Shown here one piece after another: positions 1-9,316 of a DNA stretch of 64,000 bases; the first letter of the stretch is position 1, and the number at the start of each line of letters is the position of its first letter. Location: assembly GCF_009931435.1 (NCBI RefSeq), contig NZ_CP043414.1. One strand, written 5' to 3'. The DNA comes from Escherichia coli. Lineage in GTDB: Bacteria > Pseudomonadota > Gammaproteobacteria > Enterobacterales > Enterobacteriaceae. Under the pieces are notes generated by a model. It was given only the letters and a program-made list of their open reading frames with translations. It ran no database searches and was not told the origin of the DNA. The position numbers and the translations under genes were made by a program.

Positions 1-1
1 G

Positions 2-388
2 CGTTTCAGCCTGGTAGAAGTGACCCAAAGCCCGTCTCTGCTGTTGCAAGGGATGGTGGGTTCGCAGATGCCGATTGCTGTCTCTCACGGCGAAGGGCGC
101 GTGGAAGTGCGCGATGCGGCGCATCTGGCGGCACTGGAAAGCAAAGGGCTGGTGGCACTGCGCTATGTCGATAACTTTGGTAAAGTCACCGAAACCTACC
201 CGGCTAACCCGAACGGTTCTCCGAATGGTATTACGGCGGTCACGACTGAAAGTGGTCGAGTCACCATTATGATGCCGCACCCGGAACGTGTTTTCCGTAC
301 TGTCAGTAACTCCTGGTATCCGGAAAACTGGGGCGAGGATGGCCCATGGATGCGTATTTTCCGCAATGCGCGTAAGCAGTTGGGGTAA
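2..388 (+). CDS. purL: Phosphoribosylformylglycinamidine synthase, C-terminal fragment (5' end outside window)
   Basis: Open frame from window edge to stop at 388; the C-terminal sequence is recognised as PurL, and K-12 synteny (purL next to glmY-glrK) supports it. Confidence 0.85.
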   Translation, partial: RFSLVEVTQSPSLLLQGMVGSQMPIAVSHGEGRVEVRDAAHLAALESKGLVALRYVDNFGKVTETYPANPNGSPNGITAVTTESGRVTIMMPHPERVFRTVSNSWYPENWGEDGPWMRIFRNARKQLG

Positions 389-397
389 GTCGTAAAA

Positions 398-452
398 CTA
401 TTGGTTTTGCTGCCCGGATGTGGCATTCACGCCGCATCCGGCATTAAACGCC
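398..452. repeat. REP-like extragenic palindrome
   Basis: Imperfect inverted repeat cccggatgtggc ... gccgcatccggc resembling the REP consensus GCCGGATGCGGCGT. Confidence 0.45.
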
Positions 453-465
453 GACCACTATCATA

Positions 466-491
466 AGCTCCCAGCTCCGGGAGCTTTTTTT
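466..491 (+). terminator. Rho-independent terminator downstream of purL
   Basis: GC stem agctccc / gggagct with a short loop, followed by a run of seven T. Confidence 0.6.
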
Positions 492-492
492 G

Positions 493-722
493 TGTCTGTA
501 AATCACGACAATGGGTGGTTTACCGTGTCGCTTTTTGGCGACATTTAATTGATTGATTTTATTTGGATCTAATAAATTTATCTTAAGGTGTCTCTTTTTA
601 GCGACACAATGGCTGATTTACAGCCAAATAGCGAAGAAGTCATAAATCCATCAAAACAACGTATAATCAGTACGTTACCAAACTATTTTATTTATTGGCA
701 CAGTTACTGCATAATAGTCATC
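493..722 (+). promoter_or_regulatory. glmY upstream control region: three TGTC-N10-GACA sites and a sigma54-type promoter
   Basis: TGTC-N10-GACA read at about 493-510, 526-543 and 589-606; TGGCAC-N5-CTGCA at about 696-711 fits the -24/-12 sigma54 consensus, with CATAAT overlapping as a possible sigma70 -10. Confidence 0.7.
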
Positions 723-906
723 AGTGGCTCATTCACCGACTTATGTCAGCCCCTTCGGGACGTGCTACATAAAATTCGAATGACGCACAACAAGGTGCCT
801 GCCGTCCAACTTCTGATATCAGCTTAGCTATATCAACCCTCGGGCGAAACGTCGAGTTAGGCACCGCCTTATTCCATAACAAAGCCGGGTCATTCCCGGC
901 TTTGTT
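723..906 (+). ncRNA. glmY: GlmY small RNA
   Basis: Sequence starting AGTGGCTCATTCACCGACTTATGTCAGCCCCTTCGGGACG matches the recalled GlmY 5' end; it ends in a hairpin (agccggg tcatt cccggct) plus T-run at about 884-907, immediately upstream of glrK. Confidence 0.75.
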
Positions 907-964
907 GTATCTGAACTTCCCCTCGGTTAGCATCAGGCTATTCGCGTCTGACGAGAGTAACACC

Positions 965-2392
965 TTGAAACGCTGGCCCGTTTTTCCCCGCTCATTACGA
1001 CAACTGGTAATGCTGGCATTTTTGCTGATTCTGCTACCCCTGTTGGTGCTGGCATGGCAAGCCTGGCAAAGCCTGAATGCGCTTAGCGATCAGGCGGCGC
1101 TGGTTAACCGTACTACGCTTATTGATGCCCGGCGCAGTGAAGCGATGACCAACGCGGCGCTGGAGATGGAGCGTAGCTACCGTCAGTATTGCGTGCTGGA
1201 TGACCCAACCCTGGCGAAGGTTTATCAAAGCCAGCGCAAGCGTTATAGCGAAATGCTCGATGCCCACGCAGGCGTACTGCCGGACGATAAACTTTACCAG
1301 GCATTGCGTCAGGACTTGAACAATCTGGCTCAACTTCAGTGTAACAACAGCGGTCCCGATGCTGCCGCCGCCGCGCGTCTGGAAGCCTTTGCCAGCGCCA
1401 ATACCGAAATGGTACAGGCCACGCGCACAGTGGTGTTCTCTCGTGGGCAGCAGCTTCAGCGTGAAATCGCCGAACGTGGGCAATATTTTGGTTGGCAATC
1501 GCTGGTGTTATTTCTGGTAAGTCTGGTGATGGTACTGCTCTTCACGCGGATGATTATCGGCCCGGTAAAAAATATTGAACGGATGATCAACCGTCTGGGG
1601 GAAGGGCGTTCTCTGGGCAATAGCGTTTCGTTCAGTGGCCCGAGTGAGTTACGCTCGGTTGGGCAACGTATTCTTTGGTTAAGTGAGCGCCTGTCATGGC
1701 TGGAATCCCAGCGCCATCAATTCTTAAGACATTTATCTCATGAATTAAAAACCCCGCTGGCGAGTATGCGCGAGGGCACTGAATTACTGGCTGACCAGGT
1801 TGTCGGGCCGCTTACGCCCGAGCAAAAAGAGGTGGTGAGCATCCTTGATAGCAGCAGCCGCAATTTGCAAAAACTGATCGAACAACTGCTTGATTACAAC
1901 CGTAAACAGGCGGACGGCGCGGTGGAACTGGAGAGTGTAGAGTTGGCACCGCTGGTGGAAATGGTGGTTTCTGCTCATAGCCTGCCCGCACGGGCTAAAA
2001 TGATGCATACCGACGTCGATCTCAAAGCAACTGCTTGCCTGGCGGAGCCAATGCTGCTGATGAGCGTACTGGATAATCTTTACTCCAATGCGGTGCACTA
2101 CGGGGCTGAATCCGGTAACATTTGCCTTCGCAGCAGTTTACATGGCGCGCGGGTTTATATTGATGTCATCAATACAGGCACACCCATTCCGCAAGAGGAA
2201 CGCGCCATGATCTTCGAACCCTTTTTTCAGGGAAGCCACCAGCGAAAAGGGGCGGTGAAGGGCAGCGGTCTGGGATTAAGCATTGCCAGGGATTGTATTC
2301 GCCGTATGCAGGGGGAACTGTATCTGGTCGACGAGAGCGGGCAAGAGGTTTGCTTCCGCATTGAATTACCGTCGTCGAAAAACACGAAATAA
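965..2392 (+). CDS. glrK: Sensor histidine kinase GlrK (QseE)
   Basis: ORF track 902..2392; the internal TTG start at 965 gives 475 aa beginning KRWPVFPRSL as in K-12 GlrK. Contains the HELKTPL histidine-kinase H-box. Confidence 0.85.
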   Translation: MKRWPVFPRSLRQLVMLAFLLILLPLLVLAWQAWQSLNALSDQAALVNRTTLIDARRSEAMTNAALEMERSYRQYCVLDDPTLAKVYQSQRKRYSEMLDAHAGVLPDDKLYQALRQDLNNLAQLQCNNSGPDAAAAARLEAFASANTEMVQATRTVVFSRGQQLQREIAERGQYFGWQSLVLFLVSLVMVLLFTRMIIGPVKNIERMINRLGEGRSLGNSVSFSGPSELRSVGQRILWLSERLSWLESQRHQFLRHLSHELKTPLASMREGTELLADQVVGPLTPEQKEVVSILDSSSRNLQKLIEQLLDYNRKQADGAVELESVELAPLVEMVVSAHSLPARAKMMHTDVDLKATACLAEPMLLMSVLDNLYSNAVHYGAESGNICLRSSLHGARVYIDVINTGTPIPQEERAMIFEPFFQGSHQRKGAVKGSGLGLSIARDCIRRMQGELYLVDESGQEVCFRIELPSSKNTK

Positions 2393-2556
2393 TGTTAAGA
2401 GCCTATCCCATCAGGCTATTTTATTTGCCAGTTTGGCCTCGTGCAGTGCTCGAAATCCTTACGTACTACGTGTACGCTCCGGTTTCTCCGCGCTGTCCAT
2501 GTCCAAACTGCCTGCAACAATTACGCCCACTGGGATAGGTTTTAAGTCTGGTGAAT

Positions 2557-3270
2557 ATGCGACACATTTTTCAACGATTATTGCCCCGACGGCTATGGCT
2601 GGCAGGGCTGCCATGTCTGGCATTGCTGGGTTGCGTGCAGAGTCACAATAAGCCAGCTATTGATGCGCCAGCAGAAGAAAAAATTCCGGTTTATCAACTG
2701 GCTGACTATCTTTCTACTGAATGCAGCGACATCTGGGCACTGCAAGGTAAGTCAACCGAAACCAATCCGCTTTACTGGCTGCGGGCGATGGATTGTGCTG
2801 AACGTTTAATGCCTGCGCAGTCGCGTCAGCAAGCCCGCCAATATGACGACGGCAGCTGGCAAAATATCTTCAAACAAGGGATTTTGCTCGCTGACGCCAA
2901 AATTACGCCTTATGAGCGCCGCCAGCTGGTCGCGCGCATTGATGCGTTAAGTACCGAGATCCCGGCACAGGTTCGCCCACTGTATCAACTCTGGCGCGAA
3001 GGTCAGGCGCTGCAACTGCAACTGGCGGAAGAGCGCCAACGCTACAGCAAACTCCAGCAGTCCAGCGACAGCGAACTGGATACTTTACGCCAGCAACATC
3101 ACGTTCTACAGCAGCAACTGGAACTCACTACCCGCAAGCTGGAAAACCTGACCGATATTGAACGCCAGCTCTCGACTCGCAAACCGGCTGGCAATTTCTC
3201 GCCGGATACGCCGCACGAGAGTGAAAAGCCCGCGCCATCTACCCATGAGGTCACTCCTGATGAGCCATAA
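2557..3270 (+). CDS. qseG: Outer-membrane lipoprotein QseG (YfhG)
   Basis: 237 aa from the ATG at 2557; N-terminal signal with LLGC lipobox and a coiled-coil-like Q-rich C-terminus; located between glrK and glrR. Confidence 0.8.
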   Translation: MRHIFQRLLPRRLWLAGLPCLALLGCVQSHNKPAIDAPAEEKIPVYQLADYLSTECSDIWALQGKSTETNPLYWLRAMDCAERLMPAQSRQQARQYDDGSWQNIFKQGILLADAKITPYERRQLVARIDALSTEIPAQVRPLYQLWREGQALQLQLAEERQRYSKLQQSSDSELDTLRQQHHVLQQQLELTTRKLENLTDIERQLSTRKPAGNFSPDTPHESEKPAPSTHEVTPDEP

Positions 3271-4594
3271 ACCTGCGCATTTATTACTGGTCGATGACGA
3301 TCCAGGATTGCTGAAACTGCTTGGTCTGCGTCTGACCAGCGAAGGTTATAGCGTGGTTACGGCGGAAAGTGGAGCTGAAGGATTGCGGATACTGAATCGT
3401 GAAAAAGTAGATTTAGTCATCAGCGACCTGCGGATGGATGAAATGGATGGTATGCAACTGTTTGCTGAAATCCAGAAAGTGCAGCCAGGTATGCCAGTAA
3501 TCATCCTCACCGCGCATGGCTCCATTCCCGATGCGGTTGCCGCGACACAGCAGGGCGTGTTCAGTTTCCTCACCAAGCCCGTCGATAAAGACGCGCTGTA
3601 TCAGGCAATTGATGATGCGCTGGAACAATCCGCGCCAACCACCGACGAACGCTGGCGCGAGGCGATTGTCACCCGCAGCCCGCTGATGCTGCGTTTGCTG
3701 GAACAGGCGAGGCTGGTGGCGCAGTCAGATGTTAGCGTTTTGATTAACGGTCAGAGCGGTACCGGGAAAGAGATTTTTGCCCAGGCGATCCACAACGCCA
3801 GCCCGCGCAACAGCAAGCCGTTTATTGCTATTAACTGTGGCGCATTGCCCGAGCAATTACTGGAGTCCGAGCTGTTTGGTCATGCGCGCGGTGCGTTTAC
3901 TGGCGCTGTCAGCAATCGCGAAGGTTTATTCCAGGCGGCGGAAGGCGGTACGCTGTTTCTCGATGAGATTGGCGACATGCCCGCACCGTTGCAGGTCAAA
4001 CTGCTACGCGTGTTGCAGGAGCGCAAAGTGCGCCCGCTGGGCAGCAACCGCGATATTGATATCGACGTGCGGATTATTTCCGCCACTCACCGTGACCTGC
4101 CAAAGGCGATGGCGCGCGGGGAATTCCGTGAAGATCTCTACTATCGCCTCAACGTTGTCAGTCTGAAAATTCCGGCATTGGCGGAGCGCACAGAAGACAT
4201 TCCGCTACTGGCAAACCACTTATTGCGCCAGGCGGCAGAGCGACATAAACCGTTTGTCCGCGCATTCTCCACCGATGCAATGAAACGCCTGATGACCGCG
4301 AGCTGGCCGGGCAACGTGCGCCAGTTGGTCAACGTGATTGAACAGTGCGTGGCGCTAACATCATCTCCGGTGATTAGTGATGCGTTAGTCGAGCAGGCGC
4401 TGGAGGGCGAAAATACGGCTCTGCCAACCTTTGTTGAGGCGCGTAATCAGTTTGAACTCAACTACTTGCGTAAGCTGCTGCAAATCACCAAAGGTAATGT
4501 CACCCACGCGGCGAGAATGGCGGGGCGCAACCGGACAGAATTTTATAAACTGCTTTCCCGACACGAGCTGGATGCAAACGATTTCAAGGAATGA
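3260..4594 (+). CDS. glrR: Sigma54-dependent response regulator GlrR (QseF)
   Basis: 444 aa from [14 protein letters not shown]; receiver domain, AAA+ sigma54-activator domain (GAFTGA motif) and C-terminal HTH; GAGG RBS upstream; start overlaps the qseG 3' end. Confidence 0.9.
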   Translation: MSHKPAHLLLVDDDPGLLKLLGLRLTSEGYSVVTAESGAEGLRILNREKVDLVISDLRMDEMDGMQLFAEIQKVQPGMPVIILTAHGSIPDAVAATQQGVFSFLTKPVDKDALYQAIDDALEQSAPTTDERWREAIVTRSPLMLRLLEQARLVAQSDVSVLINGQSGTGKEIFAQAIHNASPRNSKPFIAINCGALPEQLLESELFGHARGAFTGAVSNREGLFQAAEGGTLFLDEIGDMPAPLQVKLLRVLQERKVRPLGSNRDIDIDVRIISATHRDLPKAMARGEFREDLYYRLNVVSLKIPALAERTEDIPLLANHLLRQAAERHKPFVRAFSTDAMKRLMTASWPGNVRQLVNVIEQCVALTSSPVISDALVEQALEGENTALPTFVEARNQFELNYLRKLLQITKGNVTHAARMAGRNRTEFYKLLSRHELDANDFKE

Positions 4595-4618
4595 ATTGGC
4601 GTTATGTGTTACGTTTAG

Positions 4619-4993
<375 letters not shown>

Positions 4994-5003
4994 ACCGCGT
5001 CAG

Positions 5004-5031
5004 GGTTGCCGGATGTCTCCATCCGGCAACC
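5004..5031. terminator. Hairpin between convergent glnB and hmp (possible bidirectional terminator)
   Basis: 11-bp stem ggttgccggat / atccggcaacc with a 6-nt loop in the 43-bp gap between the two stops; no strong T-run on either side. Confidence 0.4.
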
Positions 5032-5036
5032 TCAAA

Positions 5037-6227
5037 TCACAGCACTTTATGCGGGCCAAAGCATTCGTAATGAATGTTTTCCTGTTTCACACCCAGGTCC
5101 ACTAACTGTTTCGCGGCAAACTGCATGAAGCCAACCGGGCCGCAGAGATAGAACTGCATTGTCGGATCGCTGAACGCACCTTCCAGTTTGCTCAAATCCA
5201 TCAGACCTTCACTATCAAACTGACCTTTAGCGCGATCGGCTTCGCTCGGCTGACGATACCAGGTGTGCGCGGTAAAGCGTGGCAGTGCTTGCCCCAGTTC
5301 CTTAACTTCATCGGCAAAGGCATGAACATCGCCATTTTCTGCCGCATGGAACCAGTTTACCTGAGCGCTATGACCTGCTTTTGCCAGCGTGTCGAGCATT
5401 GCCAGCATTGGTGTTTGACCGACACCGGCAGAGATTAACGTCACCGGCGTGTCATCTGCGATAGCCATAAAGAAATCACCTGCCGGAGCGACCAGTTTCA
5501 CGACATCGCCAACGTTGGCGTGATTGTGTAACCAGTTTGATACCTGCCCACCCTCTTCGCGTTTCACTGCAATACGATAGCCTTTGCCATCCGGTTTGCG
5601 CGTCAAAGAGTACTGACGAATTTCCTGATGTGGGAAACCTTCCGGTTTCAGCCAGACGCCGAGATATTGCCCTGGACGGTATTCCGCCACTGCGCCGCCG
5701 TCCACCGGCTCAAGTTCGAAACTGGTGATAAGCGTGCTGCGCGGTGTTTTAGCTACAATGCGGAAATCGCGAGTACCTTCCCAGCCACCGGCTTTGCTGG
5801 CGTTTTCGTTATAGATTTCCGCCTCGCGATTAATAAATACATTAGCCAGTACGCCATAGGCTTTACCCCACGCGTCCAGTACTTCCTGGCCCGGGCTGAA
5901 CATTTCGTCCAGCGTCGCCAACAGGTGTTCACCGACGATATTGTATTGTTCCGGTTTGATCTGGAAGCTGGTGTGTTTCTGAGCGATTTTTTCTACCGCT
6001 GGTAACAGCGCAGGCAGGTTTTCAATATTGCTGGCGTAGGCGGCAATAGCGTTAAACAGGGCTTCACGTTGATCGCCATTACGCTGGTTACTCATGTTAA
6101 AAATTTCTTTGAGTTCTGGGTTATGAGTAAACATACGGTCGTAGAAATGGGCGGTTAACTTTGGCCCTGTTTCCACCAGTAAAGGGATGGTGGCTTTTAC
6201 TGTAGCGATGGTTTGAGCGTCAAGCAT
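5037..6227 (-). CDS. hmp: Flavohemoglobin (nitric oxide dioxygenase)
   Basis: 396 aa from [15 protein letters not shown]; globin domain plus FAD/NAD-binding reductase domain; the ORF track extends 7 codons further upstream. Confidence 0.95.
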   Translation of the reverse strand: MLDAQTIATVKATIPLLVETGPKLTAHFYDRMFTHNPELKEIFNMSNQRNGDQREALFNAIAAYASNIENLPALLPAVEKIAQKHTSFQIKPEQYNIVGEHLLATLDEMFSPGQEVLDAWGKAYGVLANVFINREAEIYNENASKAGGWEGTRDFRIVAKTPRSTLITSFELEPVDGGAVAEYRPGQYLGVWLKPEGFPHQEIRQYSLTRKPDGKGYRIAVKREEGGQVSNWLHNHANVGDVVKLVAPAGDFFMAIADDTPVTLISAGVGQTPMLAMLDTLAKAGHSAQVNWFHAAENGDVHAFADEVKELGQALPRFTAHTWYRQPSEADRAKGQFDSEGLMDLSKLEGAFSDPTMQFYLCGPVGFMQFAAKQLVDLGVKQENIHYECFGPHKVL

Positions 6228-6233
6228 ATGGTC

Positions 6234-6290
6234 TTCCTTTTTTTGCATCTTAATTGATGTATCTCAAATGCATCTTATAAAAAATAGCCC
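6234..6290 (-). promoter_or_regulatory. hmp promoter with NsrR-type operator
   Basis: Minus strand reads AAGATGCATTTGAGATACATCAATTAAGATGCAAAAAAAGGAAGACCAT-ATG, with an inverted repeat AAGATGCAT / ATACATC and a further AAGATGC half-site. Confidence 0.6.
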
Positions 6291-6554
6291 TGCAATGTAA
6301 ATGGTTCTTTGGTGTTTTTCATGAAGAATGTGATGAAGTGAAAAATTTGCATCACAAACCTGAAAAGAAATCCGTTTACGGTTGCAAGCTCTTTATTCTC
6401 CAAAGCCTTGCGCAGACTGAAGGTAATCGTTTGCGTAAATTCCTTTGTCAAGACCTGTTATCGCACAATGATTCGGTTATACTGTTCGCCGTTGTCCAAC
6501 AGGACCGCCTATAAAGGCCGAAAATTTTATTGTTAGCTGAGTCAGGAGATGCGG

Positions 6555-7808
6555 ATGTTAAAGCGTGAAATGAACATTGCCGATTATGATGCCGAACTGT
6601 GGCAGGCTATGGAGCAGGAAAAAGTACGTCAGGAAGAGCACATCGAACTGATCGCCTCCGAAAACTACACTAGCCCGCGCGTAATGCAGGCGCAGGGTTC
6701 TCAGCTGACCAACAAATATGCTGAAGGTTATCCGGGCAAACGCTACTACGGCGGTTGCGAGTATGTTGATATCGTTGAACAACTGGCGATCGATCGCGCG
6801 AAAGAACTGTTCGGCGCTGACTACGCTAACGTCCAGCCGCACTCCGGCTCCCAGGCGAACTTTGCGGTCTACACCGCGCTGCTGGAACCCGGCGACACCG
6901 TTCTGGGTATGAACCTGGCGCATGGCGGTCACCTGACTCACGGTTCTCCGGTTAACTTCTCCGGTAAACTGTACAACATCGTTCCTTACGGTATCGATGC
7001 TACCGGTCATATCGACTACGCCGATCTGGAAAAACAAGCCAAAGAACACAAGCCGAAAATGATCATCGGTGGCTTCTCTGCATATTCCGGCGTGGTTGAC
7101 TGGGCGAAAATGCGTGAAATCGCTGACAGCATCGGTGCTTACCTGTTCGTTGATATGGCGCACGTTGCGGGACTGGTCGCTGCTGGCGTCTACCCGAACC
7201 CGGTTCCTCATGCTCACGTAGTGACTACCACCACTCACAAAACCCTGGCGGGTCCGCGCGGCGGCCTGATCCTGGCGAAAGGCGGTAGCGAAGAACTGTA
7301 CAAAAAACTGAACTCTGCCGTTTTCCCTGGTGGTCAGGGCGGCCCGTTGATGCACGTAATCGCTGGTAAAGCGGTTGCTCTGAAAGAAGCGATGGAGCCT
7401 GAGTTCAAAACTTACCAACAGCAGGTCGCGAAAAACGCTAAAGCGATGGTAGAAGTATTCCTGGAGCGCGGTTACAAAGTGGTTTCCGGCGGTACTGATA
7501 ACCACCTGTTCCTGGTTGATCTGGTTGATAAAAACCTGACCGGTAAAGAAGCTGACGCCGCTCTGGGCCGTGCTAACATCACCGTCAACAAAAACAGCGT
7601 ACCGAACGATCCGAAGAGCCCGTTTGTAACCTCCGGTATTCGCGTGGGTACTCCGGCGATTACACGTCGTGGCTTTAAAGAAGCCGAAGCGAAAGAACTG
7701 GCTGGCTGGATGTGTGACGTGCTGGACAGCATCAATGATGAAGCCGTTATCGAGCGCATCAAAGGTAAAGTTCTCGACATCTGCGCACGTTATCCGGTTT
7801 ACGCATAA
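6555..7808 (+). CDS. glyA: Serine hydroxymethyltransferase
   Basis: 417 aa from [22 protein letters not shown]; PLP-binding region [14 protein letters not shown] present. Confidence 0.95.
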
Positions 7809-7845
7809 GCGAAACGGTGATTTGCTGACAATGTGCTCGTTGTTC

Positions 7846-7948
7846 ATGCCGAATGCGGCGTGAACGCCTTATCCGGCCTACAAATTATTGCAAATTCAAG
7901 ATATTGCAATCTCCGTGTAGACCTGATAAGCGTAGCGCATCAGGTAAT
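7846..7948. repeat. BIME: two REP elements in inverted orientation
   Basis: gccgaatgcggcgtgaacgccttatccggcctac followed by the inverted copy gtagacctgataagcgtagcgcatcaggta. Confidence 0.7.
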
Positions 7949-8005
7949 TTTTCGTTTGTGATCATCAAGGCTTCCTTAGGGAAGCCTTGTTACGTTATCG
8001 CGTCA

Positions 8006-9199
8006 TCAAATCTGTCGTAACTGCGCCTCAACATACAAATAGCCAATCCCCAGCACCTGCTGTGCGCGGCTTAATTGCCCAAAGCCAATTTGCGTCGCTT
8101 TCACGCTCGGTCCTTCGTCACGGTCGAACGGGTTAAATCCTGTCTGGCGAATAATGGAATTAAGCCAGTTCTCACCAAAGGCGCAGCTGCGACCATACAG
8201 CCAAATCTGATTAATATTGAGGATATTGAGGAAGTTATACAGACTCAAACCAATGGCGTTGGCACTGCGGTCAACCCAGCTGGTGATCCACGGTTCTCCA
8301 CTCTGCCAGGCAGCGATTAACTGCGCGGTAGTCAGTTTTTCAGGATCAAGCTGAGTATTAACCGGTTGTGATTTTAGCCATACCCGCGCCTGTTTTTTTA
8401 ATGCGCTTAACGAGGCGACGGTTTCCAGGCAGCCATAACGTCCACAGTCGCAGGCGACGCCATCCGGATTAACGATGGTGTGACCAATCTGTCCGCTACC
8501 ATACAAACTGCCGCGATAAATTTGCTCGTTAATCACGAACGACGAGCCAATACCGTAATCAACGTTGATCACGCAGAAATCCCGTCCTTGCGAATTATTT
8601 TGCCATTTCTCCGCCAGCGCCAGCATCACGCAGTCATTATCGACCATCACCCGAATGCCCAGCTTCTCTTCCAGCAGATACTTCACCTCAACCGGTGTTG
8701 TCCACGGCGCTTGCGGCATGGTTTGCGACACGCCAGTCACTGGATCAACCTGACCGTGGATAGCCAGCGCCAGGTTGATGGTACGGTCTGACCACAGTTT
8801 ACGATGGCGATGCCAGCATTTTTCGATTTCGGACAACAGAGCCTGCGGTGTCGGTGCATCAATCTGAAAATACTCAAATTCGCCTTTCGGACTTAAACAG
8901 GCATTAGCGACCTGACACTCAATGCTGGTGGGCGTTACGTTCAGGCACAGCGTCCAGTCACCTTCCGGCGCGATCAGCCATGTACCGCTACTGTGCCCGC
9001 GCGTCTGGCTTTCATCGTCGATATTCACCACCCGCTTTTCGCTTTCCAGTTCCTGCAAAATATTACTGACTGCCGGAATTGAAATTTGCGCCAGCCGGGC
9101 CAGCGTTGATTTATTGGCGCGCTTTTGCCGGTACAGCAGTTCCAGAATCACGCATTTGTTATGGTGGCGGATCTGTTGATTGTTAATGCAGGCTCTCAT
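8006..9199 (-). CDS. yphH: ROK-family transcriptional regulator (NagC/Mlc-like)
   Basis: About 397 aa; N-terminal HTH-like segment (STLARLAQISIPAVSNILQEL) plus ROK sugar-kinase-like fold with a CxCGxxGC zinc motif; divergent from yphG. Confidence 0.8.
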   Translation of the reverse strand: MRACINNQQIRHHNKCVILELLYRQKRANKSTLARLAQISIPAVSNILQELESEKRVVNIDDESQTRGHSSGTWLIAPEGDWTLCLNVTPTSIECQVANACLSPKGEFEYFQIDAPTPQALLSEIEKCWHRHRKLWSDRTINLALAIHGQVDPVTGVSQTMPQAPWTTPVEVKYLLEEKLGIRVMVDNDCVMLALAEKWQNNSQGRDFCVINVDYGIGSSFVINEQIYRGSLYGSGQIGHTIVNPDGVACDCGRYGCLETVASLSALKKQARVWLKSQPVNTQLDPEKLTTAQLIAAWQSGEPWITSWVDRSANAIGLSLYNFLNILNINQIWLYGRSCAFGENWLNSIIRQTGFNPFDRDEGPSVKATQIGFGQLSRAQQVLGIGYLYVEAQLRQI

Positions 9200-9316
9200 A
9201 TTCACTAAACCTTGTTTAGTTAATTGCGTGATTATTCCGCGAAAACATTGCCAGATTGTTCAATACACTGCCACAAATCTTTTAATTCAGTATGTCTTGT
9301 TAATATTGAGGGCACC

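Noticed and set aside
3158-3259. Upstream extensions of ORF-track starts (for example glrR from 3158; also glrK, yphG, hcaR, iscS, hscA, pepB, der)
   Set aside because: The extended N-termini overlap upstream genes or lack an RBS. Internal starts reproduce the K-12 protein lengths and have Shine-Dalgarno sequences.
6558-7847. 429-aa ORF on the minus strand spanning glyA
   Set aside because: It is antisense to glyA, whose product is an unambiguous serine hydroxymethyltransferase. The translation is low-complexity with no recognisable motifs; long antisense frames are common opposite highly biased genes.
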